This document shows positions 11,861 through 25,261 of a stretch of 64,000 nucleotides of DNA, one piece after another (position 1 is the first letter of the stretch; each line of letters opens with the position of its first letter). Position numbers and translations under genes: made by a program. Source of the DNA: Harriotta raleighana (lineage: Eukaryota); the NCBI GenBank assembly GCA_050575255.1, contig JBNZDD010013683.1:3662929-3726928 (forward strand), in the 5' to 3' direction. The notes beneath the pieces were generated by a model that saw nothing but the letters and a program-made list of their open reading frames with translations, was not told the DNA's origin and ran no database searches.

Positions 11861-14351
11861 TATTGTTCTGTCACACAAAGTTTAACAAAAGAGTTTCTGT
11901 GTGGAAGCAGAGAATATAATGTCCAGTTCAATGTCTGGTAATCCTAAAAAAAATGTTTTACTGTTCTTTTTTGGCCACATAAGNATATTTTTTACTGTTC
12001 TTTTTTGGCCACATAAGATCACATACCCTCAGAGTCTACTGTATATTACTATTAGCTTTACCACCCTTTAAACCATTCCACTGGNTGTTTTACTGTTCTT
12101 TTTTGGCCACATAAGATCACATTCCCTCAGACTCTACTGTATATTACTATTAGCTTTACCACCCTTTAAACCATTCCACTGGACGCAAAAGACTCAACAT
12201 TCCAATACGAAGTATCAGAAATGAAGATGTTAACAAATTTAACATGGTAACTCTGTGAAATTGTGATAAGTGAAGAAAATGTTAATTTAATAAGCTAGTC
12301 TAATGGCAATCTGAAACGAGACCTGTGAGTTTGCTATGGTAATTATAACTTGATGGATCAAACCTGTTGCAATAGCATCAAATTCAGAACATCTCTAATT
12401 CAATGTTTCATGGTTATTAAGGGTTGTGTTGGGTGTAATTGTGTATGTGAGAGAAAGATGCACACACGTACACAAAATGAGAATGACACAAATAATTACA
12501 ATATGCATGTGGGGGTGGGACAGGGGATGTAGTAGGGCGAAGGGGAGTGGGGGGCTGGAGAGGAAAGAGAATCCATCAACTAAAACACATAAAAATCACA
12601 AGATAAGGTGAGGTTCACATTTGAGGGTTTTAGGCAGTCTCACAAATCATAAAAGTGGCATTTCCATTCACACATCATCACCTGCAATGTGTTTAGTTTC
12701 CCATTATAATTTTATCATTCTGGTGTGAACCTTAGGCGTTGAATATTGATCTTTTACTGAAGGATTCCAGTCAATACACAGCTGCCATGAAAACAAAATG
12801 CTCAGATACGATGTTATATCTTTAGGGGATTTGATTTTTCCAAACCTCTGCAGATCAGGAGTAAGGCTACACTTGAAATTTGATGTGGGCATTTAGGATT
12901 CTTACACTCGGGCCATTGTGGTGCTTGTGAAAGTTCAGAAAACAACGATAATTCTAGGGCTTAAATCTCTAAATTATTAGGAGAAGCTCACCAAGAATTA
13001 TTTCACAGTGGGTTGATGGTGGGATGGGGGGGGGTGGAGGTGTTGGGGAGGGAGAATGTGATCCAGATCTTTAAATAATGAGAAGCAAACTGACTTAGGT
13101 TGATGTACGTTGGCTGTTTGACTTAAAATTGAATTTAAATTAAAAATTCTCACAACGGGACTAGCGATATTAAAAAAATCCCGATAATATGGTAGCTATT
13201 TGGAACAGACTCACAAGAAAAAAGTAACTGATGCTGCATTGATTAACTTCTTGAAAAATTAACTGGTTGCGAAAAGTATTAGACGAACAAGAATAGGAAG
13301 AGATAAAGATGTCAAAATACTCAATGAGACTTGATGAATTCTATCATTCGGAGTGAGAGGAAGAATGTGTTTTGTGGAGGGAAAGAAGGTAGTTATGAAT
13401 AATGTATTTTTTTCCTCAAAATTGACGTTGAGAGTCAGCGCAATGAACACATCTCATGAACATCTCTTTTGTATTGTGTGCGTGCTTTGTTGGCACGCAC
13501 AGTTTACACCAAAGGTATGGTGGTATTCAGTTCAGATATAAGGAGAAATAATTTTACTGTGAAATACAGTACTTTGATTTGAAGAGTTATGTACAGTACC
13601 TCTAATAAATATTTTAAATAACTGAAGCATTCTGACAAAAAACTACATTTTTTAACAGCTTGGAGCTTTGTATTGATACAGTATATTGGCAGTAAAGGGT
13701 CATTGTAGTTCAACTCAGTTAGACATTGTAGTGCTTATCAGTGTCAAACACATCCACTTTTGGAGGGATTAGCACTGGGCTCTTGTCACAATATTTACTT
13801 AGCCTATTTAAGTGTTTAGTTTCCTGTTTCATTAAGCGTAATTCAACTAGTTAATGTAAACCTTCAATCTCGGCACAATACCATTGGTAAAATCTTTCTT
13901 GTTTTTTTTAAAAAAAAAGTAAATATATAAAATTCAAATTGAATTTCCTCTTGACTTATTGGGTTTTGGTTTTCACTATGGCTCAGAGCCAGAAACGCTA
14001 CTCAATTCCACAGTCTGCATTGCAATGCAACACAAAGATTGTACCATTATTCATAAACTTCCTTGGCTACTCAGGCAGAGTTTTAAATCCCACATTTGAT
14101 CTGCCGTCCCCTCATTTGGTTCAGTTTGTATTGACCAATTATTTCCATTGGGTCATCTTCTTTGAATTAAAACTCTTCCAATATAATAGGCAGCTCTCAA
14201 GGAATAACTACTGATGATGAGAACATTTGATCAAAAGGCAAACGGGACTCTGCTGGCATTTCGTTCAGGTGTTTCTACCTAGGCAGAGGTTAATGCTACA
14301 TGAGTTGTAACAACACAGTTGATTTAGCGAAGTTTATTCAGCATTGACCAT

Positions 14352-14468
14352 TAATAATAATAAATAATAATCCTTGCATTTGATATAGCGCTTTTCACAT
14401 CTTATCAACGTCCCAAAGCGCTTCACAGAATATACTGTAAAGTGAATCGACTGTATATTTGTGGGCAT
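14352..14468 (-). mobile_element. Young Deu SINE 3' fragment
   Basis: AATAATCCTTGCATTTGATATAGCGCTTTTCAC...GACTGTATATTTGTGGGC is the reverse complement of the SINE tail. Confidence 0.85.
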
Positions 14469-16402
14469 ACATTGTCTTGTGAGGTAGTAAAGGATTAATC
14501 AAAATAGGGTTCATGGAGTGGAGTCACAGTGTTCAGAGCTAGATAGTCTGTTGAATTTGTTAGATGGAATTATCAATATTTATCTCTGTTTATGTGTAAA
14601 AATATTGGTTAAGTGCTTTTGGTTTACGGCTTTTTTTGTTAGATTTTGTGAGTTTTATGGTCTTGTCGGGAGTCTTTTTGTCTGAATGATAGTTCAATTA
14701 ACAAGTAGATATTTTCGAACTCTCAAAGTACTAAGGATTTATTGAAGGAGGTAATTCCAAGTCAATTAGGAGTTGAGTTGGTCAATATACTGAGGATAGA
14801 TTGTGTGTAAAAAAAATCACAAAGGTATATTTGATGTTCAAAAGAGAGGGAATGAAGTTATAAGACGGTTGTCAAATTTTGGAGTTTTAACTAACATTTG
14901 ACTTTAATATCATTAATTACAAAAACCCTGAATTTCAGGAACTGATAAGAGATATGAATTTGGGGAAAGGTTACTCTAGTTGTTTACCCTTGGTGATCCA
15001 AGTGTTGAGGCTCAGTGGTTAGATATCTTATAATGTATAAGATATTATGCCTTGTTAAAGTTATATTAATATAGTATTATCAAATTATTATATAAGAATT
15101 GCATAGAATGCTCGGACTGTGAGAATATATGTGTGAAGCATATGGATTTGAATAAATAAGGAATATTTGATTAAAAGCCAAGTTTTGAGTGTATTTTGTG
15201 AGACCGCTCTGAATGGGTGCGTACCCTAATAGTAATTTAAGAGGAGAAGGTTCGCTTATTTCAGCGTGCACCTGGAAGGTGTGTGTAAATCTCACCCAGA
15301 GATAAGATACCATCAAGAACAAAATACAACAACAACAAGAAAATTACATTTATAGAGCACATTTCACATCGGGAGGATAACCCAAGGCGCTGGACATAAC
15401 TATGGACGTAACAGATATAATTGTCAGTATGGAACTGAAGCAAGCAGAATTTTGGGGGTGTATTGCTAAGGCATTTTTGTTTCAAGGTTGGGGGAGATAT
15501 TGATCTCTAGAACATTAAACTGTCGCACTTAACATTTAAGATGAATGAGGCACTCTACCATTTTAGTCAAACTTCCAACAGCACCACTTGTATTCAGTAA
15601 AGTGCTGTGCAGATATTTAGACAAATTTAAGTAGTTTAAGTACAATAGTTTAGGTATAACTATAAGGGTTTAAGTATAATAGAGTACAATGTATGTTAAA
15701 CCAAAACATTTAAATGATGGGGGAACGTTTTTCTCCAAAGAACATGCAACAGCACATCTTGATAATTGAAGTGAGATGGCAAAATCTGCTCATTAGGGTG
15801 TGATTGTAACCAACAGCAAAGTGTGTATGTGAAAAGCAGTCACATCTGCCTTCACACTGCTACTTATATACAGAACTGGCTGGAGTACAGTTTCTGGTGG
15901 GAGAGCCTCCAAGACACAACACAACAGAACAACGGACACTGCCAAACCTCAGGTAGCAACAGGAATTTTCATTCTGATATTATTCCGTTTTAGATGGTCC
16001 CAAAACACCTTTCAGAGTTGGTGCACATGCCCAGAATATTACCATCCTTTTTATAAAGAAGAATAGTATCTCAATCCTGTTGGCTGAGCACCCAAGCTGG
16101 AGGGCGGGGATCGAAAGTACAGTTAGAGATGGGCCTTGAAAGAGTAGAGGGGGGGAGAAAACAAGCAAATAAGGGAAGGGTTGGAGCAGTTATGGAAAAG
16201 AACAGTATTTCCAGACTGAATTCTAAAGGCTAGTTATTAGACTGGAGACCGAGATGGGTACACGATGTAGAAAGCCCTCTGAGTTGTTGCACGTGTCAAC
16301 GCTTCTAAAAGAGTACAGAATAAAAATAGTACTTTAGTCCCAANTTCTAAAACAGTACAGAATAAAAATAGTACTTTAGTCCCAACCAGCTGCACTCCCT
16401 AC

Positions 16403-16525
16403 CTCGACAGATGGTTCCATTCCCCACATAACCAGGCTTGCAGGTACACCGATGTCCTCTAACAGTGTTTGTGCAGATTGCATTCTCGTCGCAGTTGTGC
16501 TGTCCATTCCCACATTCGTCATCCT
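16403..16525 (-). CDS. NELL1: NELL1 internal exon, EGF-like domain (probably EGF3, human exon 14 equivalent)
   Basis: Minus strand reads tctttcttctccag|AG GAT GAC GAA TGT...TGT CGA G|gtaggg; 123 bp, phase 1/1, in frame with the 28232 exon. Translation (K)DDECGNGQHNCDENAICTNTVRGHRCTCKPGYVGNGTICR is near-identical to recalled human NELL1 EHDECGSGQHNCDENAICTNTVQGHSCTCKPGYVGNGTICR. Confidence 0.97.
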
Positions 16526-18967
16526 CTGGAGAAGAAAGACAATTCTGCTCAAATGTGAGGGACAGCTTTACAAATTATATTAACAGCAGTCAATAAGCAA
16601 AAAAAAAATCAATTGGAAGGTGTGCGGAACTAATATATTTCATCGTGGTCACCAGTTTCCACAAATTCAGTCCCTGAGGTTAAACTCCCAGAGCACAGTA
16701 TTAAAGGATGTTCTTCCAAGTTTTAATGTAATGGGTATCTGTGTTGCAAACAGTTTATTTGGGGGAATTTGTTTTACCTCCAACTAATTTGAAACAACCC
16801 TCAAACTTTAAGAAAAAAACTTTAGATAGTTCCAGTTGCAACGGATTTTCCATCACTTCAATTAACAAGCATGAAATTAAAAGAAATACACTTCCACTGA
16901 AGATTCTTCAACTTTCGTGATATTGCTTGTAAAACTGTGCTGCTGACAAATAGGCTCATAAAAACTGGTGATCAATGCATAGAAGATTTATTCTGGAACA
17001 AATGTATTTGCCTTGCATTTTGTGAAAATTTGTCTTTGTCTATTCAGTTTCGAAACAAATAGTATTAGGTACAAAATATACCCCATTATTTCCAAGCTTC
17101 ATAAACTCTTTAAACTTCAATGGGTCATTGTTACATTCACAGTCACTCCACTTCATGATATATCTTGTGAAACACTTTTAGACATTCTGCTGAGATGAAA
17201 TGAGCTATACCAAATGTAAGGATTATTATTAAACTGATCCCAACGTTTTGAAAAATACCAACATTCTTATCTCTCGTAACACACAAATCACTTTGTCTAC
17301 AAAATGTCTCCCTCGTGAATTTAAGCAATAATGTCCGCCTCTACTGTCCAACTTTATAACAGAACAGTGAGCAGCAAAATACTGAGGAGCAGGTGACTTA
17401 AGCACATCAGAAGTGTTGTGGTTTTGAGATGGTGCCAAATCCTAAAATGGATTCCCAAGCGGAAAAATCTGCTGTGTATCTCATTTTGACAGCAAACAGG
17501 TTCACACTGCACACGTACTAATCATCTCATAATGTGACCGTTCCTGTTAATAAATTCCATCTCACTAATTAGGCAGGTTTCCATTGTCAAATGTTCCATA
17601 AAACACTGTTCCATCACACTGTGCTGAGTGAAGATTGCAGCCATATTTCATGGGGGAAGTATTGTATATCTCTTTCTTTACATTGATTTTCTCCTCAAAA
17701 TATTTTATCTCAATACCTTTGAGTTTATATAAGGCAACAAGTTATGGCTTTTCACATGTATAAATACTACCAAAGAAAAGCCAGAAATCTCCAACAACAG
17801 GATATCATAATAAAAATACGTTTTCAATGTACCAGAAAATAAGTTTACAAGATTTGTTTTCGGACCATAGTTTAAAAGGGATTGTAATTGTACATTAAAC
17901 AAAAACTATATTTAAAGGATGAATTCTTAGATTTTACATGATCTATCTAGGTAACAATGCACTATCTCAATAGAATGACCAAAAGTACATTGGAAAGGGA
18001 TAATTCTAAGGTTATTCCAGTCACTGGGAATGAAGATATCTGTCAATTCCTTTCTTTATCAAATTTCTCAATAAAATCAACTGACAATATTAATTGGAAA
18101 GGCGAGATACCTGCTCGGTAATCTCTTCACATTTCACATACAAAAGAAGGTCTGAATTCATCAGAAAACAATTGTCAATCGAAAATTAGTACGAACTGTA
18201 ATGTTCCATTACATCCTGAAACCCTAACGTAAGGCCAATTAGGCATACATTCACCTGCTCAGCATTCAGCACACAGTCTTATTATTGAAACAGATGCTGC
18301 GGATGTGTCTGCACATTTTCCACCTTAACCCCTTCTTAGCTTTTCCTATTACAGCCCTTCAAAAAACACAAGTTGCCTTGAGGCAACTTTTTTTTTTACA
18401 AAAAAAAAGAAGCTGTCAAAATCTTTTCAAGTCTTCTTCAGAAAGGGGGAAATAATCACTTGGCTTGAACTATTTCAAAAGAATCCAAATTCTATCAAGG
18501 CATGCATATGCAACATGCTAGNCACAAAAAAAGCTGTCAAAATCTTTTCAAGTCTTCTTCAGAAAGGGGGAACCATTTCAAAAGAATCCAAATTCTATCA
18601 AGGCATGCATATGCAACATGCTAGTGTTTGCACTGGCTTCTTTATAATGCTCCAATGTAAGCAACATTCCCCAATTACAGTATTATGCAAATTAAACCAA
18701 ATTAAAACATGTATTTCATCCCACTTAAAAATACAAGTCTTGCTTGGTTTCTTCAAGTGATGCTGCTCCAACATAAGAGTGAGATAGGTTGGTTTTCCCT
18801 GAATAAACTCAGGAAAAGACATGTTGGTGTTCAAATGATCTGAGCTGGAAACATTTTTTTTAAACACTGGCACTCAAGACAGTATTTATTCAGGCGTTCA
18901 CAAAAAAAGCGTTTTAATGCCATTGCTTAAATAAGGAATGGAATGAGTTTAGGAATACGATAATTCT

Positions 18968-19208
18968 AATAATAATAATCATCCTTGCATTTGATTTACC
19001 GCTTTTCACATCTTTTCGACGTCTCGAATTGCTTCACAGAATATACTGTAAAGTGAATTGACTGTATACTTGGGTGAAACGCCACGGCCAATTGCGCACA
19101 GCAGTGTCCTATAAACAATCATGGATTGAAATGACCAATTTTTATTATTGGGTTATTTTTAGAGGAATTATTAGGCAAGTAGAGAAAGGAAACTTGCCCA
19201 AGGTTTCC
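18968..19208 (-). mobile_element. Young Deu SINE, 5'-truncated
   Basis: Reverse complement of tail, core (GCCAATTGCGCACAGCAGTGTCC) and body up to AACTTGCCCAAGG. Confidence 0.88.
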
Positions 19209-19699
19209 ATAATATCACATCAAAAATACCATAATTACCATAATATCATAACAAAAATCGAGTTTCAGAATCACATAACTATTTATGTTAAACAAAAATA
19301 CCAATTATTAGTTATCAAACATTAAGGTTAGGCACATCAATGCAAGCAAAGCAAATGTTTTCTCTTTTCCTACTCAGTGTCAGTATTAAGAACACTCAGG
19401 TTAGATATGGGTTAGGGATACTGCCTGAACTAGAATAATAATAATATTTTTTTTTAAAAACTACTCACTGAGCATTAACCCCAAGACTAAGCAAATTACT
19501 TCTTAGAGTACACGTACATCCCTTCACTTTACAAACTCAATGGCCTTATGGGCTGGCTGCTTGAGTCAGATTGCTAAATTTAGCACCAATTATCACCTCT
19601 ATGGGCAGTCCAATTCCCACTTGTAACTGGGCTGACATTTTCCAAATTCATTTCACTTACAATCCTCATTGTTAAGAGAGGACAAAGCTTCATTCTATC

Positions 19700-19990
19700 A
19701 GAAACAAAACACAAAATACTGCAGATGCTGGGAATCTGAAAATAACACAGAAGTTACTGGGGAAACTCAGCAAGTCAGGCAGCATCCATGGAGAAAGGAA
19801 AGTGAGTCAATGTTTCGGGTCCACGACCCTTCGTCAAGAGCTGGGGAGTGTTTTAGAGGGAGAGGTTTTTAAGGACATTGGTGGGGTGGGGTGGGGAGAG
19901 GTGTGGGGGGGGCAAGCAGGACATGGAAGATACAGGAGACAAAGAAAACAAAGGAAAAGGTGTGTGAAAACTGACGGGTTGAAAATGTGA
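19700..19990 (-). mobile_element. Penelope-like element terminal repeat with a decayed type I hammerhead motif (strand given for the ribozyme)
   Basis: ACAAAATACTGCAGATGCTGGGAATCTGAAA...CTCAGCAAGTCAGGCAGCATC resembles the abundant chondrichthyan Penelope-associated repeat. Minus strand 19804-19843 reads TTGACGA-A-GGGTC-GTG-GACCC-GAAAC. Confidence 0.75.
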
Positions 19991-22464
19991 TAATTATGTA
20001 AATGTTATGTCATTTCACACCATTAGAGAAAGGGTCTGTGGTGACAGCATTGTAATGTCGCTTCACAAAAGTAGCAAGGAATATGAAGTATCCTTAATAT
20101 GAAGCAGATCCATCCTATCGGAAAGCTATAAACAGCAACTCAATGGCTTCAAGATGCTAGAAAAATAGTCTACATCCAAAAAACTGTTCACTGGTAAAAT
20201 ATTACCACTAAATATTTACTCTTTTTCTCTTAACATGATAGCAACCATTTACCTTTCAATTCCAATTAATATAGGTAATTGGTTCATCATCATGTCACAC
20301 AGAGGAACCAGAATACACAACAGGCATGCTGGTCCCATACCAACTGTCCATTGACAAATAACGCATTGTCAGCAAGCAACAGCAGCAGCAGTGAGGATGA
20401 GACTTTCTGCAGGTAAACTGATGGGTTGATGGGGACATCGCAACATGATCCAAACAAATCGTTGACTTTTCAGTTATCATCATGGTTGTGAGAATAGACC
20501 AGATTGAAGACATTACCAGGATTACCTTCCATTAACTGCAATTTGGTTGCAATGAGAATATTTCTTTTTAACTTAGCCACGAGAATTTAAACCTTCACGA
20601 GGTGTTAAATAGGTCTGTATATAAAAATGAACTGTTCAGAGTGGCTGTTATCCTAAAGGGATGCTCATTATAGGAAATGGTGTAACATTAAAGCATGAAA
20701 TCAATGCAATTAGTGCAATCAAGAATCATAACTACTGTACCAACAACGGATAACAAAAACTAAGGTGTCTATATTGCAACAAAGCAACACCGTAGCACCA
20801 TTTCATCATGACTAGAAAAAAAAAAGGTGCTTTCTCGCTAAATACATTTCTTGTATTTAATTTGATTGGAACATTTCTGGCAATTGACAGAAGACAAGTT
20901 TTATATTCAATCCTAACAGCACAATAACAATCACATTTCTCTCCAAGAAGGAAGATGATTTTTTTTTCACATACTCAGCAAGGTAATAATCCCATTGTTG
21001 CAATTCTATTTCAATAGTAATTGTTTCATAAGATTATCAGCCATTTCCCCCTGTAAGATTGTTACTCCAGGACTAATTTATAGGAAATGTTGGACAGTAG
21101 ATATTCAGTATTTGCCCCTTGAGGATCCTTTATTCTTCAAACAAAAAAGAACCACTAAGATCAGTAAATTTTGCTTTCTGGGTAGTTTCATGATTTGTGG
21201 TTCCTACATATGATGGCTTTGTCCTTTGCTAAGAACAGTTTGCTGACTATCGGACCCTTTCAATCATATTAAATCTGATACACTTGACAGTTTATTGTTC
21301 TGGAAAATCTAAATCGTGTCACTGCAATTAGGCAAGGACACAAAGTGAGAAGTTTCACTCGCTGTTAACTGGAGTGATTCAAACAAAATGTGCTCAGAAT
21401 GTGAGTTACCTATTTGAAGCTGATGCAGTAAAGATTACTACACCCAGCAGCAAACTCAGAATTGTAGTGTACAAGATTTGTGCATGAACTCCACAACAAC
21501 AACAACTTGCTTTGATATAGCGCCCTCCAGGCCGGGTGGCATCTCAGAGCGCTTGAAGACTCTAGACAGCTATACACAACTATACACACTCAGAATCAGT
21601 TACCTTTGGGGTAACTTCTCTTACAAGAACAAAGAATTCAGTCAAATAAGGTACAAATACAAATGTCATACTACCCACAAAAGTCACAATACACCAATCC
21701 AAAACAGAAGATGTTTCTGCACATTTTGATTGGATTTATAGTATAGATTAACTCCTAATCATACAAAATGGACTGGGTAGTTCCAATGTGATTTCCTCAT
21801 ATTTCGAAGCAGTGGGAAACAAAACTCACAGCCATAACACTAACTCCTGGAAACAAGTGGTAATCAAATTACCCAGGTTACTCTTCTAGACCTGTGTGTG
21901 ACCATTTGTCAGATGAGTGTGGCAGAGCCCTGAATGCTGGTTTTATGCTTGCTGCCTTGGATTTAATGTGAAGCATGGAGCTGTACAAACTAAGGGAAGA
22001 GGCATACATTTTAAACGTTGAGAAGAACGAAATCAACAAGCCTTTGGTGGCAAGTACATTTGTGTTTCCAGGATCAGTAAATGGACAAGGACTTTGGCAG
22101 CCTGCGATTGTAATGGGATTTTTGACAGGACAATCATGCTTAAAATGTAAGGAACACAGTGGAAGAAGGGAGAGAGTGAATAGAAAAGTGAGTTTATATT
22201 TAGTGACAAATACTTCCAATGGTTCCGTGGGTGGTTGATAGATATCGTTCAGGATTGTTAAGCATTGTGAAATGCAGGGTGACCAAAAAGTCACGATGCT
22301 ATTTATTTCAATAAATCATTTCTTTAAGACTTATTAAACATTGCAATGGCATCACATTTTGGTCATCGTGCATATATATTTTCTCTTGCACATAAAATTC
22401 AAAAGAATGCAGTTTACGCTTTACACTTTAATGATGGTATACTCAGAATAACTGAGTGAAATTA

Positions 22465-23364
22465 CAGTAAAACCCCATTTATCCAGCACCCACGGGACCT
22501 GGCCAGTGGCGGTTAAACGGTTTTTCAGGTTGAAAGGATTTTTTAAAAATCTATATTTTTTTAATTAAAAATTATTTTAACACATACCATATTAATAATA
22601 GACTAAATAATAACAGAACATTCTATTAGTACATTATTATTTATACTTAACTTCACAATCACTGCAGTGATTCAACGGAGGTAAAACAAAATGCAACTTT
22701 AAAAAGCAACGAGTTTAGACCTAATGGCCAGTACACACACACATACACAGACATACACACATAGACACACACACAGACCCTCAAAAGATATTCAGTCTGA
22801 ATCCATCATATAAATTCTGTCCACATCCTCACCCCCCACGCACCCTTTCCTCTCTCTCCCTCCCCTTCTCTCTCTCTCTCTCTCTGCATCAACCTGCCTG
22901 CCATTACTCTCTCTCCTGCTCCATTATGCTTTCCCCCATCTTGCCTCAGGGAGAGAGACTGAGAGAGAGAGAGAGAGACTGTGATTGAGAGAGAGAGAGA
23001 CTGAGAGAGAGATTGTGATTGGGGGAGAGAGAGAGAGCTCCATTATGCTTTCCCCCATCTTGCCTCAGGGAGAGAGACTGAGAGAGAGAGAGAGAGACTG
23101 TGATTGAGAGAGAGAGAGACTGAGAGAGAGATTGTGATTGGGGGAGAGAGAGAGATACACCCCCTCTGGAGCCCATGCTCCAATTCATGCGAACAAGGTA
23201 TTAAAAAAAATGGGACTTTTAAAAGGACCCGGAACAAGTTTAGACCCGACATTAAACGTGTCACCGGATAACTTCCGGTTAATCGAATCGGGACTTTTTT
23301 TTTTAGATGGAGGTTGAACAGGTTTTCCCAATTATTCGAGTCATGGATAAACAAGGTTTTACTG
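22465..23364. mobile_element. Tigger/TcMar-like non-autonomous DNA transposon (MITE A)
   Basis: TIRs CAGTAAAACCCCATTTATCCA and TGGATAAACAAGGTTTTACTG; TA before the left end, TG after the right; no transposase ORF. Confidence 0.85.
22918..23155. repeat. Exact 119-bp tandem duplication rich in (GA)n
   Basis: GCTCCATTATGCTTTCCCCC... starts at both 22918 and 23037, with identical units. Confidence 0.92.
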
Positions 23365-25261
23365 TGTATGCATTCTTGCTATTTAGTGCACTGATGATAA
23401 CAAGAATTGGAAAAACTATTTTTTTAATGATTTCTCAGTAAACTAAATGACTAGAAGTATGCACATAAAATCACACATAAAAGTGACACAACCAAATGTT
23501 GCAGCTATTTTACTTTGCAGTTCTCTTTCCTAGTCAATACTTCTCATCAGATAGAGCTGGCTGCCTCTAATTATTACAGTATTTCACTTTGTAATTGCTG
23601 GTTTCACAGAACCTCGGTTAAACTATCACAGGAAACATTAACCAGGCCATTTCTCATAAAAGAATATGTTTTCTATCCACAAGCCACTTCCACTCACTAA
23701 CCTCTGAACCTTTTATGCAGCCTGAATGTAATTGTGTTCCTCTACCCTTAACTTTGTGCGCAAAACACTTTGCAAAGCCATCATTGGAAAATCGAGTTTC
23801 CAATATAGCTCATGAACCATTTTCAGATGCATTGGCAAATGAATGCCTTTCGCTCATACTCATTGTCAATGCTCACGTGTAAATACTCATCGGTTAGATG
23901 AGATATCATAATGCAACCAACACCTGTGTGAGCATAAGTAATAAGGAATCAAAAGATTAGGTGAGGATGAAGTGATAGGAGAAAAATTTGAGAAATAACG
24001 CTTAAATAAGAAAAGGAACAAAGAAGTTGGATTTGGAGTCGGCTGAATAATTTTCTCAACTGTAAATATCTTTCTCAACTGTAAGCAGTAGATTGTGGTG
24101 CAACATCTTGAAATCTGATATTTTCCTGCGGCATTTACCTTATGAAATGCTTTCAACGGGACACACAAGACACAGAAGCTGTGCTCATATAGCTGAGCCC
24201 ACAATTCAATCTAAAAGCTTTAAGTGATGAACTCAGTGCAAAAAGATTGCTCTTCAAAAGCCAATCAATCTCAGAGCAACAAGTCACCTCCACTGCAGAT
24301 GGAAATGATTCATTCTACACAACAAAGTGAAAACTATACCAACTGGGACAAAGGGAGTGCTGGGCTGCTTTAACTGCTGACGGTGAGGCGGAGGGGAATG
24401 AGCTCAATTTTTGAAAGTGAGAGATGGAACCTTTTTGTTAAGAGTACATCACTGCAATAGAAGTACTGCTGAAAGATCTGGAAGCAAGCAATCAATTGTC
24501 CCATATAAAGAGCAATCCTCTCACCTCCCCCACATTTGGTTACTCTTCAGCAAATGTAATGCAATTAATGGAAATATTTGTTTTCCCCCACTTGTATGTA
24601 TTGATGACCAACTCTCCACCCTCAAAAGGTATCTTCTGGGTTGATAATAATACACAATGGTATTCTCATCCCTTCGCCACATCAGTTACATACACACACA
24701 TATCCATGCGCGCACACACAGCCCAAGCAGAATGTTGCACACCAGGAGGAAATGGAAAGTCAATTAATTTAGCAAGTCTTTGAGTAATAGTTAACTGTGT
24801 GTTATATGAAGTGCACTTTCTGAATTCTCTGTGCGCTAGAGAAGAGATGCATGAAGTGTCATTGTGGGAGAGTGCTTCTGTTGACACAAGGCTCCCAGCA
24901 TTACCATATTAATTCCCTTGCTTGTAGTCAGAAATAGAAGCCAAATCATCTCAAATAAATTGGCTTCCAATTCTCATTTACAACTTTCAAGATCAAAAAT
25001 CTAATAAAATCAGAAGGGATAGCAACATCCCAATGTTACTTTTGTCACATCAAATCTAACTCAAAATAATGTTTTGCTGTGGGGGGTGGAGGGTGGGGGG
25101 CATGGGGGCGGGGAAGAAATTGTGAAAACTATAAAAATAAATAAATCTCTGCAATATTGATGCACTACCAGAACAGGAATGTTGTTAGAAATTTTAGATT
25201 GAGTCAACATCCATTTTGTAGATGATGACCTCTGTAGTAAGCAAACCAAAGTTTCTGATTC

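Noticed and set aside
11955-12183. CRISPR-like or biological tandem array
   Set aside because: Eukaryotic context, no unique spacers, and the copies are separated by single Ns typical of assembly joins.
19380-19630. LF-SINE-like or other ancient SINE fragment (also ~9540-9680, ~40430-40520, ~58210-58350)
   Set aside because: Similarity to remembered consensus sequences is too patchy to assign without a profile search.
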